Below are positions 38,710 through 48,745 of a DNA stretch of 64,000 nucleotides, one piece after another (within the stretch, counting starts at the first letter, position 1; each line of letters opens with the position of its first letter). A program made the position numbers and the translations under genes. Under the pieces are notes generated by a model. That model was not told where the DNA came from and did no database searches. It was given only the letters and a program-made list of their open reading frames with translations. The stretch covers positions 32,001 to 96,000 of the forward strand of contig JAUVXV010000008.1 of the NCBI GenBank assembly GCA_030603365.1, written 5' to 3'. The stretch is from Candidatus Heimdallarchaeota archaeon. GTDB lineage: Archaea > Asgardarchaeota > Heimdallarchaeia > Heimdallarchaeales > Heimdallarchaeaceae.

Positions 38710-40042
38710 GCTTCTTCTTATTTTGCAGATGAGCTAATATCTGATCAGCCACTATCATCGCAACACCAATTCCATCAAGAATTCCTCCTTCTATTTGAGC
38801 TATATCTCTGTTCATTACATAACTAATAGTAATTTTAGCGTTATATATGTAAGACTCTGTTAAATTCCATTCATCTACAAGAGTTATCAGATATATTATA
38901 GTCGTTTCTTCAGTTGCATTGAAAACTAGTGTTGTTCCATTTAGTACTTCTTCATGTATAAATCTTAATTCAAAGTAACTCTCTTGTTTAGTTTGATTTA
39001 CAAGAGAGAAATACGAACTTAACAGCTGATTATACGTTATATTCCCCGCATAATATACCTGCGTAAGGTTATCAAAATCAGTAAAGAAATTGATGAAGGT
39101 GTTATTATTTGTTAACATAACAGAGGCATTATATTTTATCAAATCCATCGCACTACTAAATTTAACAGTAGTACTTGCGTGGGTTTTACTCTCAATTATC
39201 ACACCAAGCGTTGGATCAAATATCGTCTGCGTACTTCGATATCGAGATGAAACATTATATTTCATCTCCTTGTCATTACCAACTATAGGGCCTAGTAAAA
39301 GACCTACGAAAATGACAAACAAGCCAAGAAGTGTTAAATGTCTTTTTAGCCTCCCCCAGAATGTTTTGAAAACCAAATTGAATCGCTTTTTATCAGGTTT
39401 TTCTTTCTTACTTTTTCTTTTGAAAGCCGGTATAACAAATACAATGAACCAAACAACAAATAGAATTACGTGTAATGTAAATTGAGCGATGTATAGATCA
39501 ATATAATCCCCGTATATTGCTTGACGTTGTTCTTGTGATAAATTGATGAAATAGATTTGCTGTCCTTCACTTAGTGAGTATATCGTCCAATCTGGAATTA
39601 TTCCTACAAGAGTTAATGGGAAGAACAACCAAGATGCATTTTCAAACCTGAGATAGATAGAAAGGTCATAAAGATTAGGATCTACTGGCCAGAAAAGCAA
39701 AAGAGGCCCCCAGCTCAAATCTAGAAATATATGAATTAACCACATTAAAGATACAAGTTTTACAAATCTGACTATTCGTTTAGTAGGGGTATCTATAAGA
39801 TTGACATCTTTATTTACTTTTTCAATAATTAACATACTGAAAATAATAAATGTTGGGATAATCAGACTATGAGTGTAGGAACGATGCGAACCAAAAAACA
39901 AATCGATATCAGGAAACATCGCAAATAAACAGATTACAATATATTCCCATCGGTGTTCTTTGTAGTAATTTTTATTCTCTTTAGATAGAAGCATCCATAC
40001 AATTAAACCTTGTAATGATAAATGTGTAGGAGTATATGTCAT
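38693..40042 (-). CDS. YdjM-like membrane hydrolase with long C-terminal extension
   Basis: TH, FPDIDL, HRSYTHS, HIFLD, LFWP; extra TMs and an extracytoplasmic domain. Confidence 0.75.
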   Translation of the reverse strand: MTYTPTHLSLQGLIVWMLLSKENKNYYKEHRWEYIVICLFAMFPDIDLFFGSHRSYTHSLIIPTFIIFSMLIIEKVNKDVNLIDTPTKRIVRFVKLVSLMWLIHIFLDLSWGPLLLFWPVDPNLYDLSIYLRFENASWLFFPLTLVGIIPDWTIYSLSEGQQIYFINLSQEQRQAIYGDYIDLYIAQFTLHVILFVVWFIVFVIPAFKRKSKKEKPDKKRFNLVFKTFWGRLKRHLTLLGLFVIFVGLLLGPIVGNDKEMKYNVSSRYRSTQTIFDPTLGVIIESKTHASTTVKFSSAMDLIKYNASVMLTNNNTFINFFTDFDNLTQVYYAGNITYNQLLSSYFSLVNQTKQESYFELRFIHEEVLNGTTLVFNATEETTIIYLITLVDEWNLTESYIYNAKITISYVMNRDIAQIEGGILDGIGVAMIVADQILAHLQNKKKPKQPT

Positions 40043-40211
40043 TTAATTCACCAATTTTTCTAATTTATAGATAATCCTTTACTTAATTTAGTTTAGTGGT
40101 TTATATACTAATTAATTCTTATATCTATTGATAAAATATTTAAGACTAATACTAAGTAAGACTTATTACTTTGATTAAAAATGGAAAGTTATAGTGTTAA
40201 GGTAGTGTATT

Positions 40212-43200
40212 ATGGTCATCGATATGCAATCTAGTCCTAGTGAGAGGTTTAGGGAGTTCCTACAAGCCTATCAAGACGAAAACGGAAGACACATCTATAT
40301 TGAACAAGTACAAAAAATGTCTTTAGAAGGACTAACTTCTCTTTATGTTAACTACGATGATTTATTACGTTTTGACCCGGAAATTGCTAGAAATTTGAAA
40401 GAAGATCCTGAAGAGACTATCAAAGCAGGAGATGATGCTCTTATAGATGTTCTAAAAATCGAAGACCCAGTGTATGCATCAAGTGGAGAAGTTTTCCATA
40501 TACGTATTTCAAACATTCCTGATCAAGTAGATTTACGAAGACTAAGATCTGTTCATCTGGGTGAGCTAATCTCTGTTGAAGGAATAATCATACGTCAAAG
40601 TGTTGTCAAACCTTTACTTATCCAGGGTGTTTTTCAATGTGTGCGATGCGGTGAAGTTCATTACATTAATCAAGAAGGTGGATACTACTCAGAGCCTACT
40701 AAATGTGTCAATCCTAACTGTGGAAAAAACGGTCCTTTCTCACTCTTAACAGAGGAATCAACCTATACAGACCTGCAAACGGTTACCGTTCAAGAAAAAC
40801 CAGAAACGCTCCCTCCAGGACAGATACCACGTTCGGTACCCGCTAGACTTGTAGGAGATCTTGTAGATACTGTAAGAGCAGGTGATAGAGCTATTGTTGC
40901 TGGAATTCTGCGAATGAAAGTTAAGGGAAAACAAAGGGGGAAGCTAGCTACTTTTGATCCATGGTTGGATGTGAATTATGTTTCCTCTCGAGAAAAAGAA
41001 TATGAAGATATTGATATAGATCCAGATACTGAACAGGAAATACTAGACATTTCCACCGATATAAACGTTCATAGAAAAATAATCAGATCTGTTGCGCCTT
41101 CAATTTACGGAATGGAAGTTATTAAAGAAGCTTTAATAACAGTGCTTTTTGGAGGAGTTCACAGAGTCGCTCCTGATGGTATGAAACAGAGAGGAGAATC
41201 CAACTTATTAATGATAGGAGACCCTGGAGTAGCTAAATGTGTAAAACCAGGAACAGAAGTTGTTCTAGAGAATGGTGAATTGAGAAAAATTGAGGATATA
41301 GTTGAGGAAAAACTACAATCCAACTCACACAAAGTAGATGATGGCTTTTATGCAACTGGAGAACAACCGATATTGACTATGAATAAGAGTGGTAAAATCG
41401 AAACAGCTAAGTCAAACCTCTTCTGGAAAAGAACTGCTCCCAAGTTAATGTATAAAATCAAAACAGCTTCTGGAAGAGAGATAACAGTTACACCAACTCA
41501 TCCATTTTTTGTTACAGAGAATGGGTATATTCAATCAAAAGAATCCCAGAAAATTAAGGTCGGAGATTTTATTGCTACACCTCGAATCATTACTGTAAAA
41601 GCAAATGAGAACTTAGATATTGATGTAAAAAAGGGACGAACAAGTGCTCAACACATATCTCTTCCAACAGCTGTAACCAAAGAATTAGCTTGTTTCTTAG
41701 GATATATATGTGGAGACGGGTATGTTCAAAAATCAAAATCATCAAGATATACGTGGTTTACTAATACTGATCATATAATCATCAATGATTACATCAAGTG
41801 TCTTACAGGTTCTTTTGGTAATATTAAGTATACAATTCGAGATGGTAGAAAAGGAAAAAGAGCAAAAGATATCTATGTGTCATCCATAGAATTAGGTAGG
41901 TTCTTGGAAAAAGTATCTCCTTCATTTTATGAGGGTGCACTAAATAAAATAATTCCACCAATTATCATGAGGGCTCCAAATTCAGTCATCAAAGAGTTTG
42001 TGAGAGCTTACTTCAATTTAGATAGTACAGTTAGTAAAGAAAGATGCACAATTTCAGCTACTTCTTCAAGTGAAAAACTTCTAAAAGACATGCAATTTCT
42101 ACTAACAAGGTTAGGAATTATTTCTCAAATTGGTTTTACACACTCTAAAAGTCAAACTTCACCAAAAAGGAAATATTATAGATTGAAAATCACTTCATCT
42201 GAACAATTTCAGAGATTTAGAGAAATTATTAGCCTAGACTCGTACAAAGGGGAGAGACTAAAGAAGGAAAAGAAATCAAATACAAATCAAGATATTATAC
42301 CAGGAGTAGGAGAGTTACTTAAGAAGATTCGTAACTCATTGAATTTATATCAAAGACAAATGGGAATTACCAGATCTACATATCAGCACTATGAAAGGGG
42401 AGATAGAAATCCTTCAAGAAAGTCACTGAAAATTATTGTAAACGAGCTGAAAAATCATACGATTTCAGAAGATATTGAAAGATTGGAAAAACTAGTACTA
42501 TCTGATATTTTTTGGGACAGAATTCTAAATATTGAAAAAATCAAACCTGAATTTGAGTGGGTTTATGATTTACAAGTACCAGATACCCACAATTTCATCG
42601 CAAATGGTATTATAATACACAACAGTCAACTCCTGCAATACGTATATAGGCTAGCTCCAAGAGGACTTTTAACTTCTGGTAAAGCAAGTTCAGCCGCAGG
42701 TCTTACAGCTGCTGTGATTCGGGATCCAGAGACAGGAGAGTTTGGTTTAGAAGCTGGTGCTTTGGTACTAGCAGATAGGGGAGTTTGTTTGATCGATGAA
42801 TTTGATAAGATGAATCCAGTAGATAGGTCCTCCATTCATGAGGCGATGGAACAACAATCTTATCATCCAAGTTTTGAAATTTCTCTCTTAAACGGTCAAA
42901 AACGACAAATTGGGAAATTTGTAGATGATCTATTCAATGATAATAATGAAATTAAAATCAAAGGTAAAGACTGTGAAATTCTTTCAGTAGAAAATCTTGG
43001 TTTCAATGTTTTAACTACAGATTTCAAGAAGATTTATGATACAAAAGTAAATCGAGTTAGTCGTCATATGGCTCCTGATAACTTTGTTAAAATTAGTTAC
43101 TCAAACAATTCAGAAATAATAGTAACTCCTGAACACCCGATTTATGTGATTCAAGAGGGGGAGATAATTACTCTCGATGCTGAAACTATAAATGTGGGGA

Positions 43201-44165
43201 TGTATGTTCCAAGTGAATCAAACAATCATTTAGAATTAGAGAAAATAAAAATATGTAATATAGAGATTCTGAAAAATGATGGTGATCTAAAAACTAAATG
43301 GGTTTATGATGTTACAATTGAACCAACAGAGAATTTCATATCTCATGGACTTGTTCTTCACAACACAGTAAGTATAGCCAAAGCTGGTATTGTCGCTACA
43401 CTCAATGCACGTGCGGCTATTATTGCAGCTGCCAATCCTCGTTTTGGTCGTTATGAGGATACTCGTCCCCCCGTAGAAAATATTAACCTTCCATCTACAA
43501 TCTTATCGAGATTTGATTTGATTTTTGTCATAAAAGATGAACCTGATGAAGACATTGATCGCAAGATGGCTAGACACATTTTAGAGCTTAGAAGAGGTCA
43601 TGTACTTGAGGAAGCTGAACCTCCGATATCAATGGATATTTTAAGAAAATACATAAGCTATGCTAAACAACATGTTGAACCCTCTCTTACTGATGAAGCA
43701 ATGGAGAGAATAGAAAAATTTTATCTTGACTTAAGAAAAGAAACTGATGATACAACTGCTATAGCTATTACTCCACGATATCTTGAAGCAATCATTCGTT
43801 TGTCTGAAGCTCAAGCGAGGATGGCTCTGAAAGAAGATGTAACTATAGACCATGTAGAAGCAGCAATAAACCTTCTCAAAACATCTTTGGAGCAAGTTGG
43901 AAAAGACCCTGTAACTGGTCGAGTTGATATAGATTTCATTCTATCTGGAACAACCAAATCTTCAAGATCTAAGATGCAAACAATCATTGACATTATCAAA
44001 GAAGAGTCAAAGCTAGGAAGTTCTGACATCGTATCTGTAAAGAAGGTCAAAGAGCTGGCTAAAGAGCAGAATGTAGAAGAAGACTTTGTTGACAAAGTAA
44101 TTCTTCAGCTTAAAAGTAACGGAGAGATCTATACTCCTCGAGATGGTTTTGTCAAACTAGCCTAA
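40212..44165 (+). CDS. mcm: Replicative helicase MCM containing two inteins (686 aa after splicing)
   Basis: CxxC..C....C zinc finger, GDPGVAK/SQ Walker A, AAGLTA, IDEFDKM, AAANP, SRFDL, C-terminal winged helix. Confidence 0.97.
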   Translation: MVIDMQSSPSERFREFLQAYQDENGRHIYIEQVQKMSLEGLTSLYVNYDDLLRFDPEIARNLKEDPEETIKAGDDALIDVLKIEDPVYASSGEVFHIRISNIPDQVDLRRLRSVHLGELISVEGIIIRQSVVKPLLIQGVFQCVRCGEVHYINQEGGYYSEPTKCVNPNCGKNGPFSLLTEESTYTDLQTVTVQEKPETLPPGQIPRSVPARLVGDLVDTVRAGDRAIVAGILRMKVKGKQRGKLATFDPWLDVNYVSSREKEYEDIDIDPDTEQEILDISTDINVHRKIIRSVAPSIYGMEVIKEALITVLFGGVHRVAPDGMKQRGESNLLMIGDPGVAKCVKPGTEVVLENGELRKIEDIVEEKLQSNSHKVDDGFYATGEQPILTMNKSGKIETAKSNLFWKRTAPKLMYKIKTASGREITVTPTHPFFVTENGYIQSKESQKIKVGDFIATPRIITVKANENLDIDVKKGRTSAQHISLPTAVTKELACFLGYICGDGYVQKSKSSRYTWFTNTDHIIINDYIKCLTGSFGNIKYTIRDGRKGKRAKDIYVSSIELGRFLEKVSPSFYEGALNKIIPPIIMRAPNSVIKEFVRAYFNLDSTVSKERCTISATSSSEKLLKDMQFLLTRLGIISQIGFTHSKSQTSPKRKYYRLKITSSEQFQRFREIISLDSYKGERLKKEKKSNTNQDIIPGVGELLKKIRNSLNLYQRQMGITRSTYQHYERGDRNPSRKSLKIIVNELKNHTISEDIERLEKLVLSDIFWDRILNIEKIKPEFEWVYDLQVPDTHNFIANGIIIHNSQLLQYVYRLAPRGLLTSGKASSAAGLTAAVIRDPETGEFGLEAGALVLADRGVCLIDEFDKMNPVDRSSIHEAMEQQSYHPSFEISLLNGQKRQIGKFVDDLFNDNNEIKIKGKDCEILSVENLGFNVLTTDFKKIYDTKVNRVSRHMAPDNFVKISYSNNSEIIVTPEHPIYVIQEGEIITLDAETINVGMYVPSESNNHLELEKIKICNIEILKNDGDLKTKWVYDVTIEPTENFISHGLVLHNTVSIAKAGIVATLNARAAIIAAANPRFGRYEDTRPPVENINLPSTILSRFDLIFVIKDEPDEDIDRKMARHILELRRGHVLEEAEPPISMDILRKYISYAKQHVEPSLTDEAMERIEKFYLDLRKETDDTTAIAITPRYLEAIIRLSEAQARMALKEDVTIDHVEAAINLLKTSLEQVGKDPVTGRVDIDFILSGTTKSSRSKMQTIIDIIKEESKLGSSDIVSVKKVKELAKEQNVEEDFVDKVILQLKSNGEIYTPRDGFVKLA
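41238..42623 (+). mobile_element. Intein 1 in MCM Walker A (462 aa) with LAGLIDADG endonuclease and HTH insert
   Basis: K/C...TPTHPF...LGYICGDG...VYDLQVPDTHNFIANGIIIHN/S. Confidence 0.93.
42858..43364 (+). mobile_element. Intein 2 in MCM: 169-aa Ser-initiated mini-intein
   Basis: EAMEQQ/SYHP...VTPEHP...VYDVTIEPTENFISHGLVLHN/TVSIAKAG. Confidence 0.92.
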
Positions 44166-44182
44166 TTTAATGTGAATGTACA

Positions 44183-46438
44183 ATGAATATCACAGATCTT
44201 CCAATTCCAGAAATTATAAAGGATAAATTAAAAGAAGATGGAATATTATCTTTGTATCCTCCTCAAACCCAAGCAGTTAAGAAAGGATTATTCAAGGGAA
44301 ACAATCTTGTAGTGGCCATACCCACAGCTTCTGGAAAGACTTTACTCGCCCTTCTAGCTAGTATAAAGAATCTAACAGATACAGGATTAAAAACGCTCTA
44401 TCTTTCTCCCTTAAGAGCACTAGCTTATGAGAAATATATAGAATTCAAAAGTTATCTTGATTTGTTAAATAAGAGAACTATACTGCTCACTGGAGATTAT
44501 GATGCAGAAGATTCAAGTGCAAAGTATGCAGACGTGATAATAGCTACAAATGAAAAAATCGATTCTGCTATAAGACATCAAGCAAGTTGGATTAACAAGA
44601 TTGGGTTAATCATATCTGATGAAGTTCATCTCATCAATGATTCTTCAAGAGGTCCAACGCTTGAAGTAGTTCTTGCGCTTCTTAGGAAAGTAACTAATGC
44701 TCAATTAATTGCTTTAAGTGCAACAATTCGAAATGCAGATCAAATTGCCAGATGGTTAGAAGCTGAATTAGTTTCTAGTGATTGGAGACCTGTTAAATTG
44801 AAAGAAGGAGTACTTTATGATAAAACCATAGTTTACAGGGATGGTTCTGAAATCACAATCCCCTTAAAGCATAAAGATGATTTTAACAATCTTATTAGTT
44901 TCATATTGAGTAAGAAAAATCAAGCTCTTGTATTCGCAACAACTAGAAAAATGGCTGAATCAACAGCAAAGAAATTAGCAACAAGAGTTGTAAAAACTCT
45001 TACAAAAGAAGAGCTAGAGAGATTGAATAATGCATACTCCGAAATCTTAAACACTGGTGAGCAGACCAAACAATCTCGTGGCCTTGCACAACTTGTAAAA
45101 CAAGGAGTGTCATACCACCATGCAGGACTAAACTCTTCTCAAAGAAGGATTATTGAGAGAAACTTTAAGCAAGGTAATATCAAAATATTGAGCAGCACAC
45201 CCACGCTTGCTTCTGGAATCAATTTACCAGCTAGATATGTTATAATTAAAAGTGTTTACCGTTATGATGTTACTTTAGGAAGTTATCCAATTCCTGTGTT
45301 AGAATTTAAACAACAATCTGGAAGAGCTGGTAGACCTCAATATGATAAAGAAGGAGATGCTATAGTTATAGCAAAAAATGAATACGAGGCAACAAATCTT
45401 TACCAAACATATATTACAGCTGATACAGAAGATATAGAATCAAGGATTGCGACCGAACCAGCATTAAGAAAAATCGTTTTGGGGCAGATTGCTACTGAGA
45501 ATACTCAAACTATGGATGAGTTACAAGATTTTATGGGGCAAACCTTCTATGGTTATCAACAAGACACAGCTAGTTTAAGTTCTGTTCTAAAAAAAGTAAT
45601 CAATTTCCTTCGAGAAGAAGGTCTAATAACTCAAGATCCTGATTATCTAATATCGACAAGTTTTGGAAAAAGAGTAAGTCAGTTATATATAGATCCTCTC
45701 GGAGCTATTGTTATTCGAGATGGTTTAGTTAATGCTAATATTAAAGCTAAGAGCTTTCTCAAGGACATCAGTTTTCTTCATCTTGTTTGCTCAACCCCAG
45801 ATGTCAGATATGTAACAATACGCAAGGATGATCAAATCGATATTATTAACTTCATTAGCAATCATGAAGAAGAATTTCTTACAGAACTTCCTGAGTCATC
45901 ATTTGAACTTGAGCTTTTCATGAGTAGAGTGAAAACCGCATTAATATTACAAGATTGGATTAAGGAATTGCCAGAAGAGGTTCTACTTGACCGTTATAAT
46001 ATTGGAAGTGGTGATATTTATATGGTTGTTTCAAATGCAGAATGGTTGCTCTATGCTTCAAGTGAACTTGCAAAATTACTCAATTATAATGAAGTATCCT
46101 CAGTTATTTCGTCACTCCATAATCGTGTCGTTAATGGTATCAAAGAAGAGCTACTAGAACTAGTAAGTATTCCAAACATTGGACGTGTAAGGGCGAGAAC
46201 TCTGTATGAAAAAGGTTTCAAGTCAAGGAAAATCCTAAAGCAGACTGATCCAAAGGAAATCATAAAAATCCCTGGTTTTGGAAAAGAGATAGTCAAAAAC
46301 ATTTTTACTCATTTAATAGGGGAGGATTTCAAGCTTGATCAAATTGGTGAGGATGTTGCTGACAATGCAGAAGAAGAAAACAGATCTTTCACTACTCCTC
46401 AAAAACAATTGGATGATTTTTTTCATGAAGTAAAATAA
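44183..46438 (+). CDS. hel308: Ski2-like SF2 helicase Hel308/Hjm
   Basis: LYPPQ, PTASGKT, DEVH, LSAT, HHAGL, TPTLASGINLP, GRAGRP, HhH IGRVRAR. Confidence 0.93.
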   Translation: MNITDLPIPEIIKDKLKEDGILSLYPPQTQAVKKGLFKGNNLVVAIPTASGKTLLALLASIKNLTDTGLKTLYLSPLRALAYEKYIEFKSYLDLLNKRTILLTGDYDAEDSSAKYADVIIATNEKIDSAIRHQASWINKIGLIISDEVHLINDSSRGPTLEVVLALLRKVTNAQLIALSATIRNADQIARWLEAELVSSDWRPVKLKEGVLYDKTIVYRDGSEITIPLKHKDDFNNLISFILSKKNQALVFATTRKMAESTAKKLATRVVKTLTKEELERLNNAYSEILNTGEQTKQSRGLAQLVKQGVSYHHAGLNSSQRRIIERNFKQGNIKILSSTPTLASGINLPARYVIIKSVYRYDVTLGSYPIPVLEFKQQSGRAGRPQYDKEGDAIVIAKNEYEATNLYQTYITADTEDIESRIATEPALRKIVLGQIATENTQTMDELQDFMGQTFYGYQQDTASLSSVLKKVINFLREEGLITQDPDYLISTSFGKRVSQLYIDPLGAIVIRDGLVNANIKAKSFLKDISFLHLVCSTPDVRYVTIRKDDQIDIINFISNHEEEFLTELPESSFELELFMSRVKTALILQDWIKELPEEVLLDRYNIGSGDIYMVVSNAEWLLYASSELAKLLNYNEVSSVISSLHNRVVNGIKEELLELVSIPNIGRVRARTLYEKGFKSRKILKQTDPKEIIKIPGFGKEIVKNIFTHLIGEDFKLDQIGEDVADNAEEENRSFTTPQKQLDDFFHEVK

Positions 46439-46465
46439 TTTAAAAACCCTAAACTTATTATTTAG

Positions 46466-47035
46466 TTGGTAACCTTGATTGCTGAAGATTTGATAACTAG
46501 TGAACTTGAAAGGATACAATACGATTTTGAGGAATTAGATGTTCCTGTAAAATGCCTTAAAACAGTCGAAGAATTCGATATTGGTAATAGAAAGATTAAA
46601 TTAGTCAAAGGACTCCGAATGAAAATTCCTTTTTGGTTATCAAATCTTTTACAAAAAGAGAAACTAGTTGAACCAGAAGAATCTAATGAATTGGATTTTC
46701 CAGCAATTTACAAATTAGCTCTTAAAGAAGGGGAGAATATTGATTTGCAGAAGATTAATACCTTCTTTTACATTTTAATGAAACAGCTGTTTGAGGAGTA
46801 CTCTAAAAAAGGGAAAAAAGTTCCATATAGACAGAAAGAATCAATTGAGATGAAATTGCGAGAATTAATGACTATGAGACTATCAAAAATAATTAAAATC
46901 GCAGAGAAAGGAAAAAACATCACAGTGAAAACTCGCAACTTTACACCAGAAGAAAAATGGCTTTATGAAACAGTATCAACCTTTATAGAAAAATGGAAAG
47001 ACATGGTTAAAGCCTCAGAAGAGGAAACTGATTAA
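46466..47035 (+). CDS. GINS subunit, Gins23 (Psf2/Psf3-like)
   Basis: IPFWL..LL B-domain first, then RLSKII and NFTPEEKWLY; next to mcm. Confidence 0.75.
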   Translation: MVTLIAEDLITSELERIQYDFEELDVPVKCLKTVEEFDIGNRKIKLVKGLRMKIPFWLSNLLQKEKLVEPEESNELDFPAIYKLALKEGENIDLQKINTFFYILMKQLFEEYSKKGKKVPYRQKESIEMKLRELMTMRLSKIIKIAEKGKNITVKTRNFTPEEKWLYETVSTFIEKWKDMVKASEEETD

Positions 47036-47061
47036 AAAAAACTTATATTCTCATTTGTGTT

Positions 47062-48684
47062 ATGCTTTATGTGCCAAAATATATCTTTATCTGCGGAGCT
47101 TTAATTTCAGGTTTAGGTAAGGGAGTAGTAACTTCATCTATAGGTAGAAATCTCCAAGTAAGAGGAAAGAATGTAAATGTAATAAAAATAGATCCTTATC
47201 TTAATATTGATGCTGGAACTATGAATCCGTTTGAACATGGTGAAACGTTTGTAACTGCAGATGGATTTGAATTGGATTTAGATATGGGGACCTATGAACG
47301 TTTTCTTAATCTGGAAATGAAAGGAGATCAAAATATAACAACTGGACAAGTTTACAATAATGTAATTCAACGAGAGAGAAAAGGAGATTTTCTTGGAAAA
47401 ACAGTTCAGGTTATTCCCCACATAACTGATGAAATAAAACAAAGGATAAAGAATGTGGGAGAAAGGCAGCCAGACCTTGATGTTCTCATAACTGAAGTTG
47501 GAGGAACAATAGGTGATATTGAAAGTCAACCTTTTTTGGAAGCAATTCGACAATTACGACGAGAAATGATTAAAGAAGATTCCTTAGTAGTTTTAGTTAC
47601 TTATATCATGGAACCTCCTAATTTGAAAGAACAAAAAACTAAACCAACCCAACATGCTGTAAGAGAATTACAATCTATGGGCCTTAATCCAGACATCATA
47701 ATTACAAGGGGAGCCCATGATTTAACAGAGAGTGCTAAACAAAAAATCATTATGTTTTGCAATGTTCCAGCAAATGCAGTATTCTCTCTTCCTGACTTAA
47801 ACACAGTTTTGGCAGCACCTAAATATCTTGACAATCAAGGTTTGGGTTCTACATTGAATCTCATGTTAAGACTTGAAGATATAGTAGCAGATTGGACAGA
47901 GGACTCTAGCTTAGTTGATAAATTTACTTCACCAGAAACGACAGTAAAAATAGCTTTAACTGGAAAATATACAGAACTTGTAGATGCATACATAAGTGTA
48001 AAGGAATCTCTAAATCATGCTGCAGCACATAATGATGTTAAACTCATCATTGATTTTGTTTCAACTGAAAAATATGAAGAGAATCCAGATTCAATTAATG
48101 AGCTAGCAAAATATGATGGTATCCTAGTTCCTGGAGGATTTGGATCCAGAGGGTCAGAAGGGAAAATTAAAGCAATCCAATTTGCTAGAGAAAAGAAAAT
48201 ACCATTCTTAGGTATCTGTTATGGTTTTCAATTAGCAGTCATAGAATTTGCTAGAAACGTTTGCGATTTGAAAGACGCTAACACTACAGAAATTAATCCA
48301 GGTACAAACTATCCAGTAATCGATTTTCTTCCAGAACAACGTGAAATTGATCAAAAGGGAGGAACAATGAGATTAGGAAAACATAAAATACTTCTACAGA
48401 AGGGTTCGTTTTTTGAGAAGATATATGGTTCAGATATAATTTATGAACGTCATAGACATAGATATGAAGTTAATCCAGATTTTATTGAAACACTTGTTTC
48501 TAAGGGAATGATATTCTCAGGAAAATCAGAAGATGGTATCAGAATGGAAACTTTAGAACTGAAAGATCACCCATGTTTCATTGCTTCTCAATTCCATCCG
48601 GAATTTCAGTCAAGGCCAGCAAAACCTACCCCTACATACTTTAAATTCATACAAGTTGCAAGTGAAAATAGCAGTAAGTCTTGA
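47062..48684 (+). CDS. pyrG: CTP synthase
   Basis: SGLGKG, KIDPYLN.DAGTMNPFEHGE, KTKPTQ, GICYG, ERHRHRYE, QFHPEF. Confidence 0.97.
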   Translation: MLYVPKYIFICGALISGLGKGVVTSSIGRNLQVRGKNVNVIKIDPYLNIDAGTMNPFEHGETFVTADGFELDLDMGTYERFLNLEMKGDQNITTGQVYNNVIQRERKGDFLGKTVQVIPHITDEIKQRIKNVGERQPDLDVLITEVGGTIGDIESQPFLEAIRQLRREMIKEDSLVVLVTYIMEPPNLKEQKTKPTQHAVRELQSMGLNPDIIITRGAHDLTESAKQKIIMFCNVPANAVFSLPDLNTVLAAPKYLDNQGLGSTLNLMLRLEDIVADWTEDSSLVDKFTSPETTVKIALTGKYTELVDAYISVKESLNHAAAHNDVKLIIDFVSTEKYEENPDSINELAKYDGILVPGGFGSRGSEGKIKAIQFAREKKIPFLGICYGFQLAVIEFARNVCDLKDANTTEINPGTNYPVIDFLPEQREIDQKGGTMRLGKHKILLQKGSFFEKIYGSDIIYERHRHRYEVNPDFIETLVSKGMIFSGKSEDGIRMETLELKDHPCFIASQFHPEFQSRPAKPTPTYFKFIQVASENSSKS

Positions 48685-48745
48685 AATCTCTTTGACTAGT
48701 AGTTTTAATATGAATATCTAGATGATATAATAGTGTGGAATAAAA

